Assembly: GCA_047495785.1 (NCBI GenBank)
Contig: JBLDXI010000064.1
Location: forward strand, 186,001-250,000
Source: Lepidodermella squamata
Taxonomy: Eukaryota > Animalia > Gastrotricha
Reading direction: 5' to 3'
DNA length: 64,000 nt
Under the pieces are notes generated by a model. It was not told the origin of the DNA. It did not search any database and saw only the letters and a list, made by a program, of their open reading frames with translations. The number at the start of each line of letters is the position of its first letter. Position 1 is the stretch's first letter. This document shows, in pieces, positions 11,086 through 22,653 of the stretch. A program made the position numbers and the translations under genes.

Positions 11086-12414
11086 AAAAATTGACTCAAA
11101 GGTGGCAAATCATCTAGATCTGAAAGAAAATATAACATCTTTACTAAAAGAGGGTCTGGGAATCAGAATATGACTTTAGATTTACGCCATCTATCGCCAG
11201 ATTTGCTCTAGTCCCTTCAGAATGACATTTTTCGGATGGTCAAAAGTGAAAAATCGAAAAAATTGACTCAAAGGTGGCAAATCATCTAGATCTGAAAGAA
11301 AATATAACATCTTTACTAAAAGAGGGTCTGGGAATCAGAATATGACTTTAGATTTACGCCATCTATCGCCAGATTTGCTCTAGTCCCTTCAGAATGACAT
11401 TTTTCGGATGGTCAAAAGTGAAAAATCGAAAAAATTGACTCAAAGGTGGCAAATCATCTAGATCTGAAAGAAAATATAACATCTTTACTAAAATAGGGTC
11501 TGGGAATCAGAATATGACTTTAGATTTACGCCATCTATCGCCAGATTTGCTCTAGTCCCTTCAGAATGACATTTTTCGGATGGTCAAAAGTGAAAAATCG
11601 AAAAAATTGACTCAAAGGTGGCAAATCATCTAGATCTGAAAGAAAATATAACATCTTTACTAAAAGAGGGTCTGGGAATCAGAATATGACTTTAGATTTA
11701 CGCCATCTATCGCCAGATTTGCTCTAGTCCCTTCAGAATGACATTTTTCGGATGGTCAAAAGTGAAAAATCGAAAAAATTGACTCAAAGGTGGCAAATCA
11801 TCTAGATCTGAAAGAAAATATAACATCTTTACTAAAAGAGGGTCTGGGAATCAGAATATGACTTTAGATTTACGCCATCTATCGCCAGATTTGCTCTAGT
11901 CCCTTCAGAATGACATTTTTCGGATGGTCAAAAGTGAAAAATCGAAAAAATTGACTCAAAGGTGGCAAATCATCTAGATCTGAAAGAAAATATAACATCT
12001 TTACTAAAATAGGGTCTGGGAATCAGAATATGACTTTAGATTTACGCCATCTATCGCCAGATTTGCTCTAGTCCCTTCAGAATGACATTTTTCGGATGGT
12101 CAAAAGTGAAAAATCGAAAAAATTGACTCAAAGGTGGCAAATCATCTAGATCTGAAAGAAAATATAACATCTTTACTAAAAGAGGGTCTGGGAATCAGAA
12201 TATGACTTTAGATTTACGCCATCTATCGCCAGATTTGCTCTAGTCCCTTCAGAATGACATTTTTCGGATGGTCAAAAGTGAAAAATCGAAAAAATTGACT
12301 CAAAGGTGGCAAATCATCTAGATCTGAAAGAAAATATAACATCTTTACTAAAAGAGGGTCTGGGAATCAGAATATGACTTTAGATTTACGCCATCTATCG
12401 CCAGATTTGCTCTA
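11086..12414. repeat. 172-bp tandem array, about 7.7 near-identical copies, inside the hAT element
   Basis: TTGACTCAAAGG recurs at 11091, 11263, 11435, 11607, 11779, 11951, 12123 and 12295. Confidence 0.97.
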
Positions 12415-15400
12415 TACTCTTGCATATCTATGAAAGTGGACGAGAACGGCTCAGGTCTGCCGCTTTAAGGTCTGCCTGACCTCACCTTGCGTAAAAAGTC
12501 TATACCTCGCTTCTTTTATAATTCCATTATTGTGAGGGATGTCATATATAATTTAGATATTTTCAATTATATTTTTACAATCTCGCGATTTACAGTTGAA
12601 AGGGCTTTTGCGCGTAAATTTCAAATTTTGGCGTCAGATTGCGCTCACTTCACCCCGCTACCAGTATCGTCCCCAGTGCAGTTTCGGCTGGAGACCAGGA
12701 TATAACCTCATCCCCCGGGGGATGAGCTGTCGTCCCTTGCCAGGTCGGGATGAAGCATCGCCGAGACCAGGATGATACCCACCGTCCCCCCCCCTACTTT
12801 CTACACTCGTATATTTTCTTTTCTACTCTCGATCTTTACAGACTGTAAAGATCGAGAGATCTCGTCGCCTAAAATTGCCGGGTTAATAATCAGGCAGGTG
12901 AAACGTTTATCGCCTTCAGCTAATTCCAACTAAATTAGGCCGGCCTGTATCAATGGGGTAATCTTCCTTATTAGAGAGCGAAACTTATTCGAAAAGAATA
13001 AAATTAGCTGTTGAAATTCCCTGCGTCGATCCAAGCTTAACCGGCACCGCCTTTTCATTGATGAAAAAGCTGTTGCTCAGCCAGCGTTGCTAATGAAGCT
13101 ATTTTCTTGAACTTTAATAAATTAAATTTTGTAAATAATTTTTTCTTTCACAAATAAAAAATATTTAATTACCAAATTTGAGGGGGCTGTAAAAGTGTGG
13201 CAGATAACGAGGGAATTGTACATAGCCAGGGTGCACTTAGCGAGGGAGCACTGTATATAATCACTTGCTACAATTGCTACATGAAATTCCGATGTCATAA
13301 GTCAAAATTTGGTTTTGAATAAAACAGGCTGGCGCTTTGAGACACTGCGAACGGCATGTTCACTCTTGTTCAACTCGCGAGTGATTACGATGACGAGGTG
13401 TATTTCCGACGCTTTTAGTCAAATTTGACCCCGGATGTATAGTGAAAAGTGTATCTTAGCGCACTTCTACTCATTTTCAGCTATTTTCAGCGAAAAGCGA
13501 GTCTTAAGGGAAAACAGGCCATTCTTGTTGAATAAGTCGCCATCACCGCTCTGTAGTTGTTAGAGTCATGGCAGAGTTGTACACGGGCGTAATTTTTAGA
13601 ACCCGGCCCGGCCCGTGGTCACAATAAACACAATAAAGCTGAATATTTCTGCTGAATTTGCACTGGCTCAAAAGCTTAACTCATGGCTATACAAGTTTGA
13701 CAGTTCTTAGTGTTCCATATTGTCATTTGAGATTAATTACATACGTGTTAGTAGTTCCTAGCTATCTAAGGGTTTTGAGTTTTGAGCCTTACTAGGATGG
13801 GTCTCAAAAGTCAGACCGGAATCCGACGCGTACCCGGCACGGCCCCACCGCCATGATGGAAGTGTGTGATGAATAATTAAGTATATAGTATATCGGTTTC
13901 AATTCCTTCGCTCATTTGCATTATTTAGCTGCCTTAAGAATGAAGATAAAGATGTACTTAACCTGGTCACGTTCACTCGTTTTTAAATCCCGTAGAACAT
14001 TCGACCGAAGAATGAAGAATTCATGAAGAGCATGAGAAAAATATGAGTTAAACAGGTTTATAGGCGAAGAAGCTGAGTTACTCCCTTCAAGAGTCTAAGA
14101 ATCAAGAATCGCTGAGAGCGCAAGATCGCTGCTTTTTATAGCCCCTTAACTGAAGGTAGTAATTCGGGATGCAACCGCTCCACAGTTGTAAATAACCGTA
14201 AATATGATAGTTAGAAATATGCGCTAGCACTGGCGGTTCCTTACCTCACAACACAAGCGATTTGAGCTTCGCATCAATTGTGTACAGTTTAAATCGAACA
14301 CTAGGAAAAAAATTTAGCTTTTTATCCGAATAAAAATCCATCGCCTCAAGAGTGCTAATAATGCTTCCTACGTACCCTTATTTAGCTTTTTGTCTATTCA
14401 ACCATGAGATATTTAGGTAGTTTGGCTATTTAGTTTCTTGCCTGTGGTGGCTCAGCTTGGTTGCGTAACAATGGTGTCGCAATCGACCGCAGCTGCTCGC
14501 TTTCTCCTTCCCTCAACCCAAAACTTAAAAAATAAAATCAACGTTTTTTCGACTTCAGATTTTATTTATTTTCAAACTCTTCAATTTTTACAATCTTTTA
14601 TCACAGGTATCACATAATGAGAAATAAGACAGGCACAAGAAAATTCGTTTCAATGTTGTCTTGAAGAAGCTTTGAATAACTTGAAAATTTTCCGCTCGAT
14701 TCAATTCCGATCGGCAACCGCTTGATTGCTTTCGGCATTTGAGGACTGGAATTTGCTTCTAAAATAAGAAAAAATTGGTAATTTTCGAAATTTCAAGTTT
14801 TCGGAATTCGTTATCAGGATAGAAGTCGCCTCAATTTTGAATACTGAAATAAAAAATTGGAAATTTCACTAGGAGAGAGAGATAGAATCACTTTTTTCGA
14901 CTCGAATTGAAAATTATCTTTCATAATTTAGAGACAATACCTACAAGTATGCAATTAAATTAGATTAAAATTAATTAATTAATTAATTAAATTAAAATCT
15001 AGAATCCCGAAATTTCTAAAAAATGAATTATAGGTAACTCGCTTTAATTTTCGAATAGCCAAGCCAGATAAGCCGAATTGTTTTTTGCCGTCGTCCGGAG
15101 TGACCATAACTATTTCGCAACGCTGCACTCAAATAGCCTCGAGATCTGGTTTGAAATTAGCGGCATTATTCGGCCTTGAAAGGAAACAGTCATAGAGCAT
15201 TGCACAGAAATTCCATGGCTAGAATAGCGATGAGCGATAAACGTATCCGCTCCAATAGCAGCTCGGGCAATTATAATTCCAAGTTCGAAATGTTGAGAAA
15301 TTATTAAATATTGCTAAAAATCAGGCGAATTTTCTATTGAATTTGAAACTTAACTATTTTCCGAACAAATTTTAAATATATTTGTTGGCATATTCAAGTT

Positions 15401-16643
15401 ATTAATATGAAGAGATGATTTTATCAGAATTTTGTTGACATTTCCAGGCGAATAAAACTAATTTTAAAATTTAAATTAAAATTTAAATTTAAATGTTTGC
15501 TTTAAAAAATTTTATATTTTTAAATTCATAAATTCATAAAATAAGGATAAAATACGGCTGAATGGCAGAAGTCTCATTTTATAGAAAATACTGGGGTTTA
15601 TCCTCACCTTGCTCCTTGCTTCAACATATTTCGCTCGTGATGGTCTTGATCTAAGGTCACCTGAATTCTGCTGAAAAATTCTGAAAATTAAGAATAATTT
15701 TAAATTGCAATCAAGTAAATGGATGAAATTTACAGTGGTGGTTTACCGCTCTAAATTTTGGTTCCAATGCATTTTTAGGGTGGCTTCAGCTCAACGAGCA
15801 TGACCTTTCTGACATTAGGCCGAGGCCCTGCCTAGACTTTTTATCTATCTTTGGCTAAATGGAATTAGCTGTTTAGCTAAACATTTTTCCTAGTGAACCT
15901 AACTAATCCATTGTCTTTTTTTACAGCTGAGCTTCTAAATGGCTCTTAAATAAATAACATAAATAAATTCAATTAGTGATTTTTTGCTAAAACGAACTCG
16001 GAAATGCAATTAGTAATTTTCAGTACAATAGATAGTTATGTGACAAGTGCAAAATATGTATTAAGAAACTAAGACACTAATTTAGGCTTGAGATATTATT
16101 AGTTCAATCATCGCTCTCAGATTGGGGGCTCAGAACCAGGCGAGGCACTATTGTAGACCTAGGACCGAATTTCGGTTTTTACGGTATTTATTTTCTTCAT
16201 GGCGCTTAGAGCTTCATTTTTACCAGTGCGAATTCGTATCTTGGGTAATGGCAACCTTACTTCGACTGCGAAATAATCTGCCGACTTACCTGTCGTGCAG
16301 GAATTCATTATAAAGTAGCAAGTTCGTTATCGAAGTTTCTCGCCACCTTGGCAATTATTGAGTTTTCTGACCTGCTACGTGTGCGCCGTTGATCCCATGA
16401 TTATGGGCGATGTCTCAAAAACAACAGTCAACAGTCTTTTTTCGCTCATAAACAAATTCTAGGAATTCGAGAGAATGATCGCTACTTTTAATGTACTTTT
16501 GATTACTAAACTGTCGGATTATTAAACTAAGTCGATCTTTATTGATGTCATACTGAGCTCTGAATTCTTGATGTCATACTTAGTTTCATTCAACAGCGAC
16601 GCACTCTTCTGCAAAACATCAGCAGAACATTAGCATTCATAGC

Positions 16644-19600
16644 TCAAGCACCTGGCACAAATCGCTCGCATAGCGCTTTGCCAACAGTCTCATCACAGCC
16701 AATTTGAAAATAGAGATATTTGTTGAACCCTTGCTCGACATAAGACAAAGAAACGCAACCATCAACAGGTACGTTAATCCACTGATTAGGAATCAATTCG
16801 AAATCGGAGCCATCATCCCATTTTAACACGTTGTTTCGCTGAATGAGTGCGATCCATGACGTTGACGTAACCACACCAACCGCCAATGCTGACCTAGCCA
16901 TCTCCAGTTCGTCATTAGACCTAATTTGAGCTAACTGATCGCCGTTATCGATGCATGCCTGTGCTGCGTCTTCTTTATTGCCGCCATTGCCCAACGTCAC
17001 TATATCGTAAACTTTGCGCATGCCATTGCATGTGGCTTCGTCCGGATAGGTGCCAGCAGCCGGAATTCGAACGTCCGTGTTTGCATCGCAGCCAACCGTG
17101 TCCAGCAGGCATCGAACTGACGCGCTGCTTTTGTCAACGCAGCGGAAATAGACAGGCTGCAGAGGAGCAAAATTAAACAAAATTAAATTCTAGCGTGAAA
17201 ATGTGAAGAAATAATGCCATGTAGACTCTAGACTACGAGACAATTTAGGTTAATTTTTTTTTCCGGAACCGAATACTGCAATCCGGTACAACTTTGAACA
17301 CCTACGTCCAGGCTTACTTCAATGTGCTGCGTGAATTCAACAGATGTGATTTTGGCCCGGTTTTTAACGTAGTTCAAATGGGGCCGCCCACCGTAACATC
17401 GTCATATTTTTTATTCTCGGAAATTCGCAAGCGTGAGGATTTGGCAAGGGGTACCTCAAAAGTACAACGTAGAACTTTGAACACCAAGGTTATGTGAAAA
17501 GAAGAGTGAATAACGTGAAGATCGTGAAAGAGAATTTTGTGCAAATAATTTCACTTTTCACCCATAGCATTATGCTAGTTCTCTCTATAGTTCAAGTACA
17601 AGTGAGGAAACTCACGCTGGAAACTTGAAACATTAATTCGAAGGGGTTTTTTTAAGCCGGATCTTATTACAAAATGCGCGTAATTTTTAGCGCACTTTTC
17701 TTGCGCAAACCTACCAATTTTCCGCAAAGCTTTTCTCCGGTTTTACTACTTCAAATCGGACTCACCTTTTTGGTGACTACGCCTGGTCTTGAACTTCAAA
17801 ACTGCAAAAGGTTAGGCCGATATATGCAACGGCTAAGCCTTAGCACCCTCCCTGGAGCTGAACAATTTCAGCGACGTATGGTGGACGAGAATGTTCCGAA
17901 CTACTTGAAACCCCAAATGGGCGGGTCCGTTATTTAGAAAATTTAGACTCTTACAGTAAGATAAAGATGGTAAAACTTAGTAAGAGATAGTTCAGAGTAT
18001 GGATGCAATATCACGAAAAATAGGTTTCCTTTGAAGAGATCCTAAAAATGTTCTATTGCGTATACGGACCCGCTCCTTCGAGGTGTTAAGTAGTTCAAAG
18101 CATTCTCGTTCTCCATACAAAAATTCATTTAAATCGGCGACCCTCCTTTCAACGAAAAAATTCGTTGAAAATGAGCTATTTCTGCGAAATTCCGATTATT
18201 TCCGAATCAAGGCTAAATTGAGGATGCTCATTTCAAGGTCAATAGCTCGCGAGCACAAAAAAGTCCTATACTCATCTTAATTTCTATTCCAGAATCGCAA
18301 AGAAAACGCATTTTGTGGAAATCTCCAAAATAATTGATATCCCTGCTCAGATCAGCTATAAAGCGAATGATTCTCAAGCATTCGCTCGTTTTTGGTGTGC
18401 TTCAGCTTCAGACACAGAAGTCGGCTTGGAAACTCCCGAAAATTGTGGTGTTAACAACGGGCAAAGCTGTTCAGAATAGCATTCAGAATAGCATTCAGAA
18501 GATGGATTTTTTATTTTTGTGGAATCACCCTTCGCTATGTGATTTTTTGCATTTTTTAGGGGTAAAAACCCACGTAAAACAAAGAGGGTAACCGCTTCCT
18601 CTCGGATGCTATGTATAATCGGAAAAATCACATAATAAGCTTAGGCAGTTTATATATATAAATAATCAACAAAATTTCGGGTATTTTCAAGGGAGAGACT
18701 GTGGGGGCTAAGTTGATGAAACTTGGTAAAACGCTGGATCACAAGTAAAATTCCCAAGCGGAAGATCCCCATGGTTTCAGATGAAAGCGAATTTCAAATT
18801 TGCGTGAAATGTTCGAAGTTGTACCGGATCACGGTATGCTTAAGCGGAGCCAGCAGGGTGCGATCTTGGATCCTCGAGCTGCCAGGGATGGAAACAATTT
18901 TTTTGCTGTATTTGCCTAAATTACTAGCGCTAATCTTGTTCCGGTGAAAGGTTTGAGCAATCTTGGGTGGTTCGAAACACAGAAAACCTTTTCCTGTCTC
19001 ATTTTCAGCCTCAATCACAAGAAAAGCTATGCTTTGAACTTACAGCAGGCGGCGATATTTCGTTGATACACTTGTCATGATTCTGTTGGAAGGTCTGCAG
19101 GTCAGAGAACAGCTTATCCTGTAGTGAACGAAAACAGTTGGTCAGTTACTGCAATTACACTGCCATTTGTTAAGCCTTACCTGCGTATAGCCCCGAGGGC
19201 ACGCTGCGTAGCAAGACAGCTTTTGCGATGCATCCTTGCATGAAACAGCATTCTGGAACAGAAAGCGATTACAATTGCGAATAAATTTTAGAGTTAATAG
19301 CTTACGCCTAGCAGGCAAGTCTCGCGATTGATGTACACTCTGGTCGAGTATTGCTGAGTCTCGTTGTTTCCATAGCAACCAGAGCTTTGCGGTCGGCAAT
19401 CGTTGAACTTGCCGGACGTTGAATCGAAGCATCGGATTTGAGGCTTCTCGCTATCCGGTGCAGCGACTGAAATAACAATAAGACATAGCTGCAATTCTTT
19501 GCTCAATTCAACTCACCAGATCCAGTGGTGCAAGACGCGAGATTGGAATACACAGGAATTGGAATACACATTGGAATACACATCAGAATGTCATCACCAC

Positions 19601-20312
19601 GAGAAAATGAAGTAGATGTCACTCACCAAGTTGTTCGGGCAAGAGTAAGGATATGGCACACAAGTTTTGATAACGCTGTTTAAAGTGCAACGCGTGAATT
19701 GCAAATTCTACAAAAAATAAAAAGTAAACATAGCATAACTTCGAAGTTTCAGAATTCTCACGTTGAACACAGCTCGTTTCTTCTCGCATTCGTTGAGGTT
19801 GACTCTCAGGTTCAACAGTGGATTCGGATTTCCGAACCAGGACAGCTGAAAAATCGGATCAGAGATAAATTTTGTAATTTGGAAATTATAATTTGAATGG
19901 AATCGGACCTACCGTCATTTCACCCTGATTGTTACAGCCGATGTTCCAGGCACGCAAAACGGGGTCAGCGCCTCGTATTTGTAGCACATTCGACCATGCT
20001 ACTCATAATTTGTTGTACAATGGAAAATAAATTGCGACAATTAACTCACCCCACGGCTACAAGCGCCTGGTTTTCCGAAAATCGGGCCCATCTATCAATG
20101 GAAAACATCAAAATTACCAGATTATAAACGAAACAAACCTGGTATTCATTGAATGGATCACAGCCATCGGCAGCTGGGACACAGTTGGTTTATCGGTTGC
20201 TGAACCGTGAGAAGCAGCGAACCCAGTTCAACGGCCTGTTGCCAACAGCAGCCACCTCGCTACACGCCAGCATAAGCAGCAGCAAAAGCAGAGGGTTGAA
20301 TTCTGCAATCAT
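16644..20312 (-). pseudogene. 4-Cys repeat + C-type lectin gene (copy A), disabled
   Basis: Signal peptide MIAEFNPLLLLLML..., same exon series as 22654-26018; TAA at 20190-20192 replaces TTC, frameshift in exon 3, damage around 19540-19680; lectin exon (16644 to ~17158) still open. Confidence 0.85.
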
Positions 20313-21106
20313 TTGAAATGACAAACTTCAACAGCAAATCAACTAAAAATGTGTAAAAAAATTTGAATACACTTTTTAAGAGTAGAAAATTGTAACGAAT
20401 GAATTGGGAATGACAGTTCATTTTTAGTGGCGCCACCGACTCCTTTGTGAAAATAGTGGAGCACACGTTTGAAGACCGCACAGTCACTACGTCGAGAAAA
20501 TTAGGAATGGGGGGCGTAGTGTCAGTGTTTTATTTTTTGCTAAACGGCGCTAGAAAAAAATAATTGCGTAATATTTCTTGGCACGCTGAAAATAGGGCGA
20601 TTCAGAGTCCGGATCCGGGCAAAAATAATTGGGCCAAATAATACAAAAAATAAATCTCAGACACACGAAAATTCATTCAGACCAACAAGAAATATCTGTT
20701 ATTTAAACCTAATTCTGTAATTAAGTAATTTTGTAATCGATTTGCCTTGATTGTTATTAGCGAAATAGACATAACCATAGCAGAATAGGAGAAGTGAATT
20801 ACTACGAAAGGTTTTATTTGATTTCTCTAGGCCAATTTCTGTTTATTCACCGAAATTGCTTCCCACCAATTGTTGATAGAGTTTCACTGATTCACACCAT
20901 CACAGTAGTATACTGATTCATGCCAAGATTTAAATTCAACTTTAATAACGAATAATATGGATGACTCATTCGCCGAGGCGAGAAACTACTTTTTATCCAT
21001 CACAGGCGATAATCTGGCGATATCGCTTTTGGTCAGCTGTCTACCTCACCCATTAACAAAACTCATTTCTCATAAAGTTGTCTATCATCTCTTTGAAAAA
21101 CACAAA

Positions 21107-21433
21107 ATGGAAATGAAATTGTATCTTATGCTTGTGCTAAACACCTTGATCGTATCAACTGCATGTCAAGGTAAGTTTTTTGGTTTTTTTTTTTAATTTA
21201 GATTTTCGAACTGCCATGACGAATATCGCCAACCGCATGGATGCGGCTTGAAAGCTAGAGCCGACGCCTTTGCGAAGTGCGTCATATCGGCAGTTTCAGG
21301 CGACCGCGTCATGCGGTTGGCCTACAACCAGGACGTTTGCGTTCGCCGCATTCTAGCCGAAGAAATGCGCTCGCCGCGCTCATCAGCTTCTGCTAGAGTT
21401 GTGGCTTTTGAAAATCTGAAAATCTTTATTTGA
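21107..21433 (+). pseudogene. Possible small secreted-protein gene or relic
   Basis: MEMKLYLMLVLNTLIVSTACQ signal-like exon with a G|GTAAG donor; the downstream Cys-containing ORF is out of frame with the obvious acceptor. Confidence 0.3.
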
Positions 21434-21699
21434 ATCAATAAAATATGAACACGATAGCAAGCTTCAAATCTTTTGATAGGCATTCAAGTAGTCGATCATT
21501 GTTTTCTAAGAGCTGGGTTGAAAAACAGAATGTTGAATTGCGGCATTATTTTCTGGAAATATAAACTGGGTTCAGGTATTATTCAGGTTCAGATAATTTT
21601 GCTCAGGTAGGCCACCAACAAATGAACATACTTTGCCGTAAATGATAACAATCAAGGTACTCTGATTTCCAGTCACGGCCCTTGTCAGTGAGAAGCCAC

Positions 21700-22010
21700 T
21701 GGTTTTTAGCGATCACTCGCAAATTCAAAACGACCACAAAAGCCCCGACTGCTCGGCTCACAATGAAACTAATTAGGTCAAACTTTGAGCCGGCTGTTGC
21801 TAAACAAGCGCTGACAGCGGCTTATTCTCTTGATAATTGCGCATTCGAATGGGATGATGGATCGAGTTTCACTTTTGACCTGCAGCGCAGTGGGTTGTTA
21901 ATGGTACTTTTGACGGCTGTCTTTCTGTCGACTACGTCTACGACGATTAGGTATAGTTCAGCCCCACTCAACGGTTATTAATTACTAGAGGTGCGCACTG
22001 TGTGATGTCT
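21700..22010 (+). pseudogene. Degenerate C-type lectin terminal exon
   Basis: Fragments AKQALTA, WDDGSSFT, QW and NGY match the lectin exon of 22654-26018; frameshifted. Confidence 0.6.
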
Positions 22011-22653
22011 CTTCAGGAGTCTTATTTCTCCTCGAGAACAATGCCTATTGTTAGATGTTTGTAAATAATTGCTTCACCCAATATTCAGAACAAAGTCATA
22101 CATTTCCAGACAAGTAACAGCGGTTATATTTAAGGCGATTGATTTCGTGGCGAAAACTAAAATTGATGGATTTGGCAGACAAACTGTGAGATGCCGAACG
22201 ATACAAACACAAGTTTTGTTTCTATATAGTGCCTCTTGTGAGCGTCCTTGATTGAATGGCTTTACGCTGTTTACGGCAAGTTGATAATAATTTCCACGTA
22301 AAACGTGCGTATCCTGCTTTTAACAATTTTAATCGAACGTAATTCGAAAAAATCCTGAGGGCGACCCAATTATTTCACTGTCAAAAATGATCTCAGTGCA
22401 CTTGATTAGGCACACGATTCATGCGATTACGCAATCACCTTTCAACCAGTGTGACTTGAAATAAAACACCGACAAGCCAAAAAATGTCAACCAAAAACAC
22501 GTGATTTTATTGAAGATGATACACAGTAGAAAGTGTGCCTCAAGCAACCATTTTTTTCACTTAAATACGGCGTCGCGATTCAATTTTTCATTCACTCACT
22601 TTTTCTCTGCGAATTTTTTTAGCGAATTACAGCTTATTGTTCCGGGCAATAAA

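Larger units (their letters stand above)
8012..12808 (-). mobile_element. hAT DNA transposon, apparently autonomous
   Basis: TIRs CAGCGTAGAAAGTAGG (8012-8027) and CCTACTTTCTACACTC (12793-12808), 14/16 match; encloses a transposase gene; no clean 8-bp TSD found. Confidence 0.75.
792..13253. mobile_element. Non-autonomous TA-flanked Tc1/mariner-pogo-type element (outer shell of a nested transposon cluster)
   Basis: TA|CAGTGCTCCCTCGATTAGTGCAC at 792 and GTGCACTTAGCGAGGGAGCACTG|TA ending at 13253; subterminal ACGAGGG motifs at both ends; about 1.1-1.2 kb remains once nested inserts are removed. Confidence 0.7.

Noticed and set aside
11086-12414. CRISPR array
   Set aside because: Head-to-tail identical 172-bp units with no unique spacers, no cas genes, eukaryotic context.
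13585-13855. CCCGG-rich element end resembling 62538
   Set aside because: No matching second terminus or TSD could be defined.
14610-15300. Possible minus-strand exons
   Set aside because: Short open frames with splice-like signals, but no consistent gene model or recognisable motif.
17250-18710. ORFs in the last intron of copy A
   Set aside because: Short and motif-free; the region looks like a non-coding repeat insertion whose ends I could not define.
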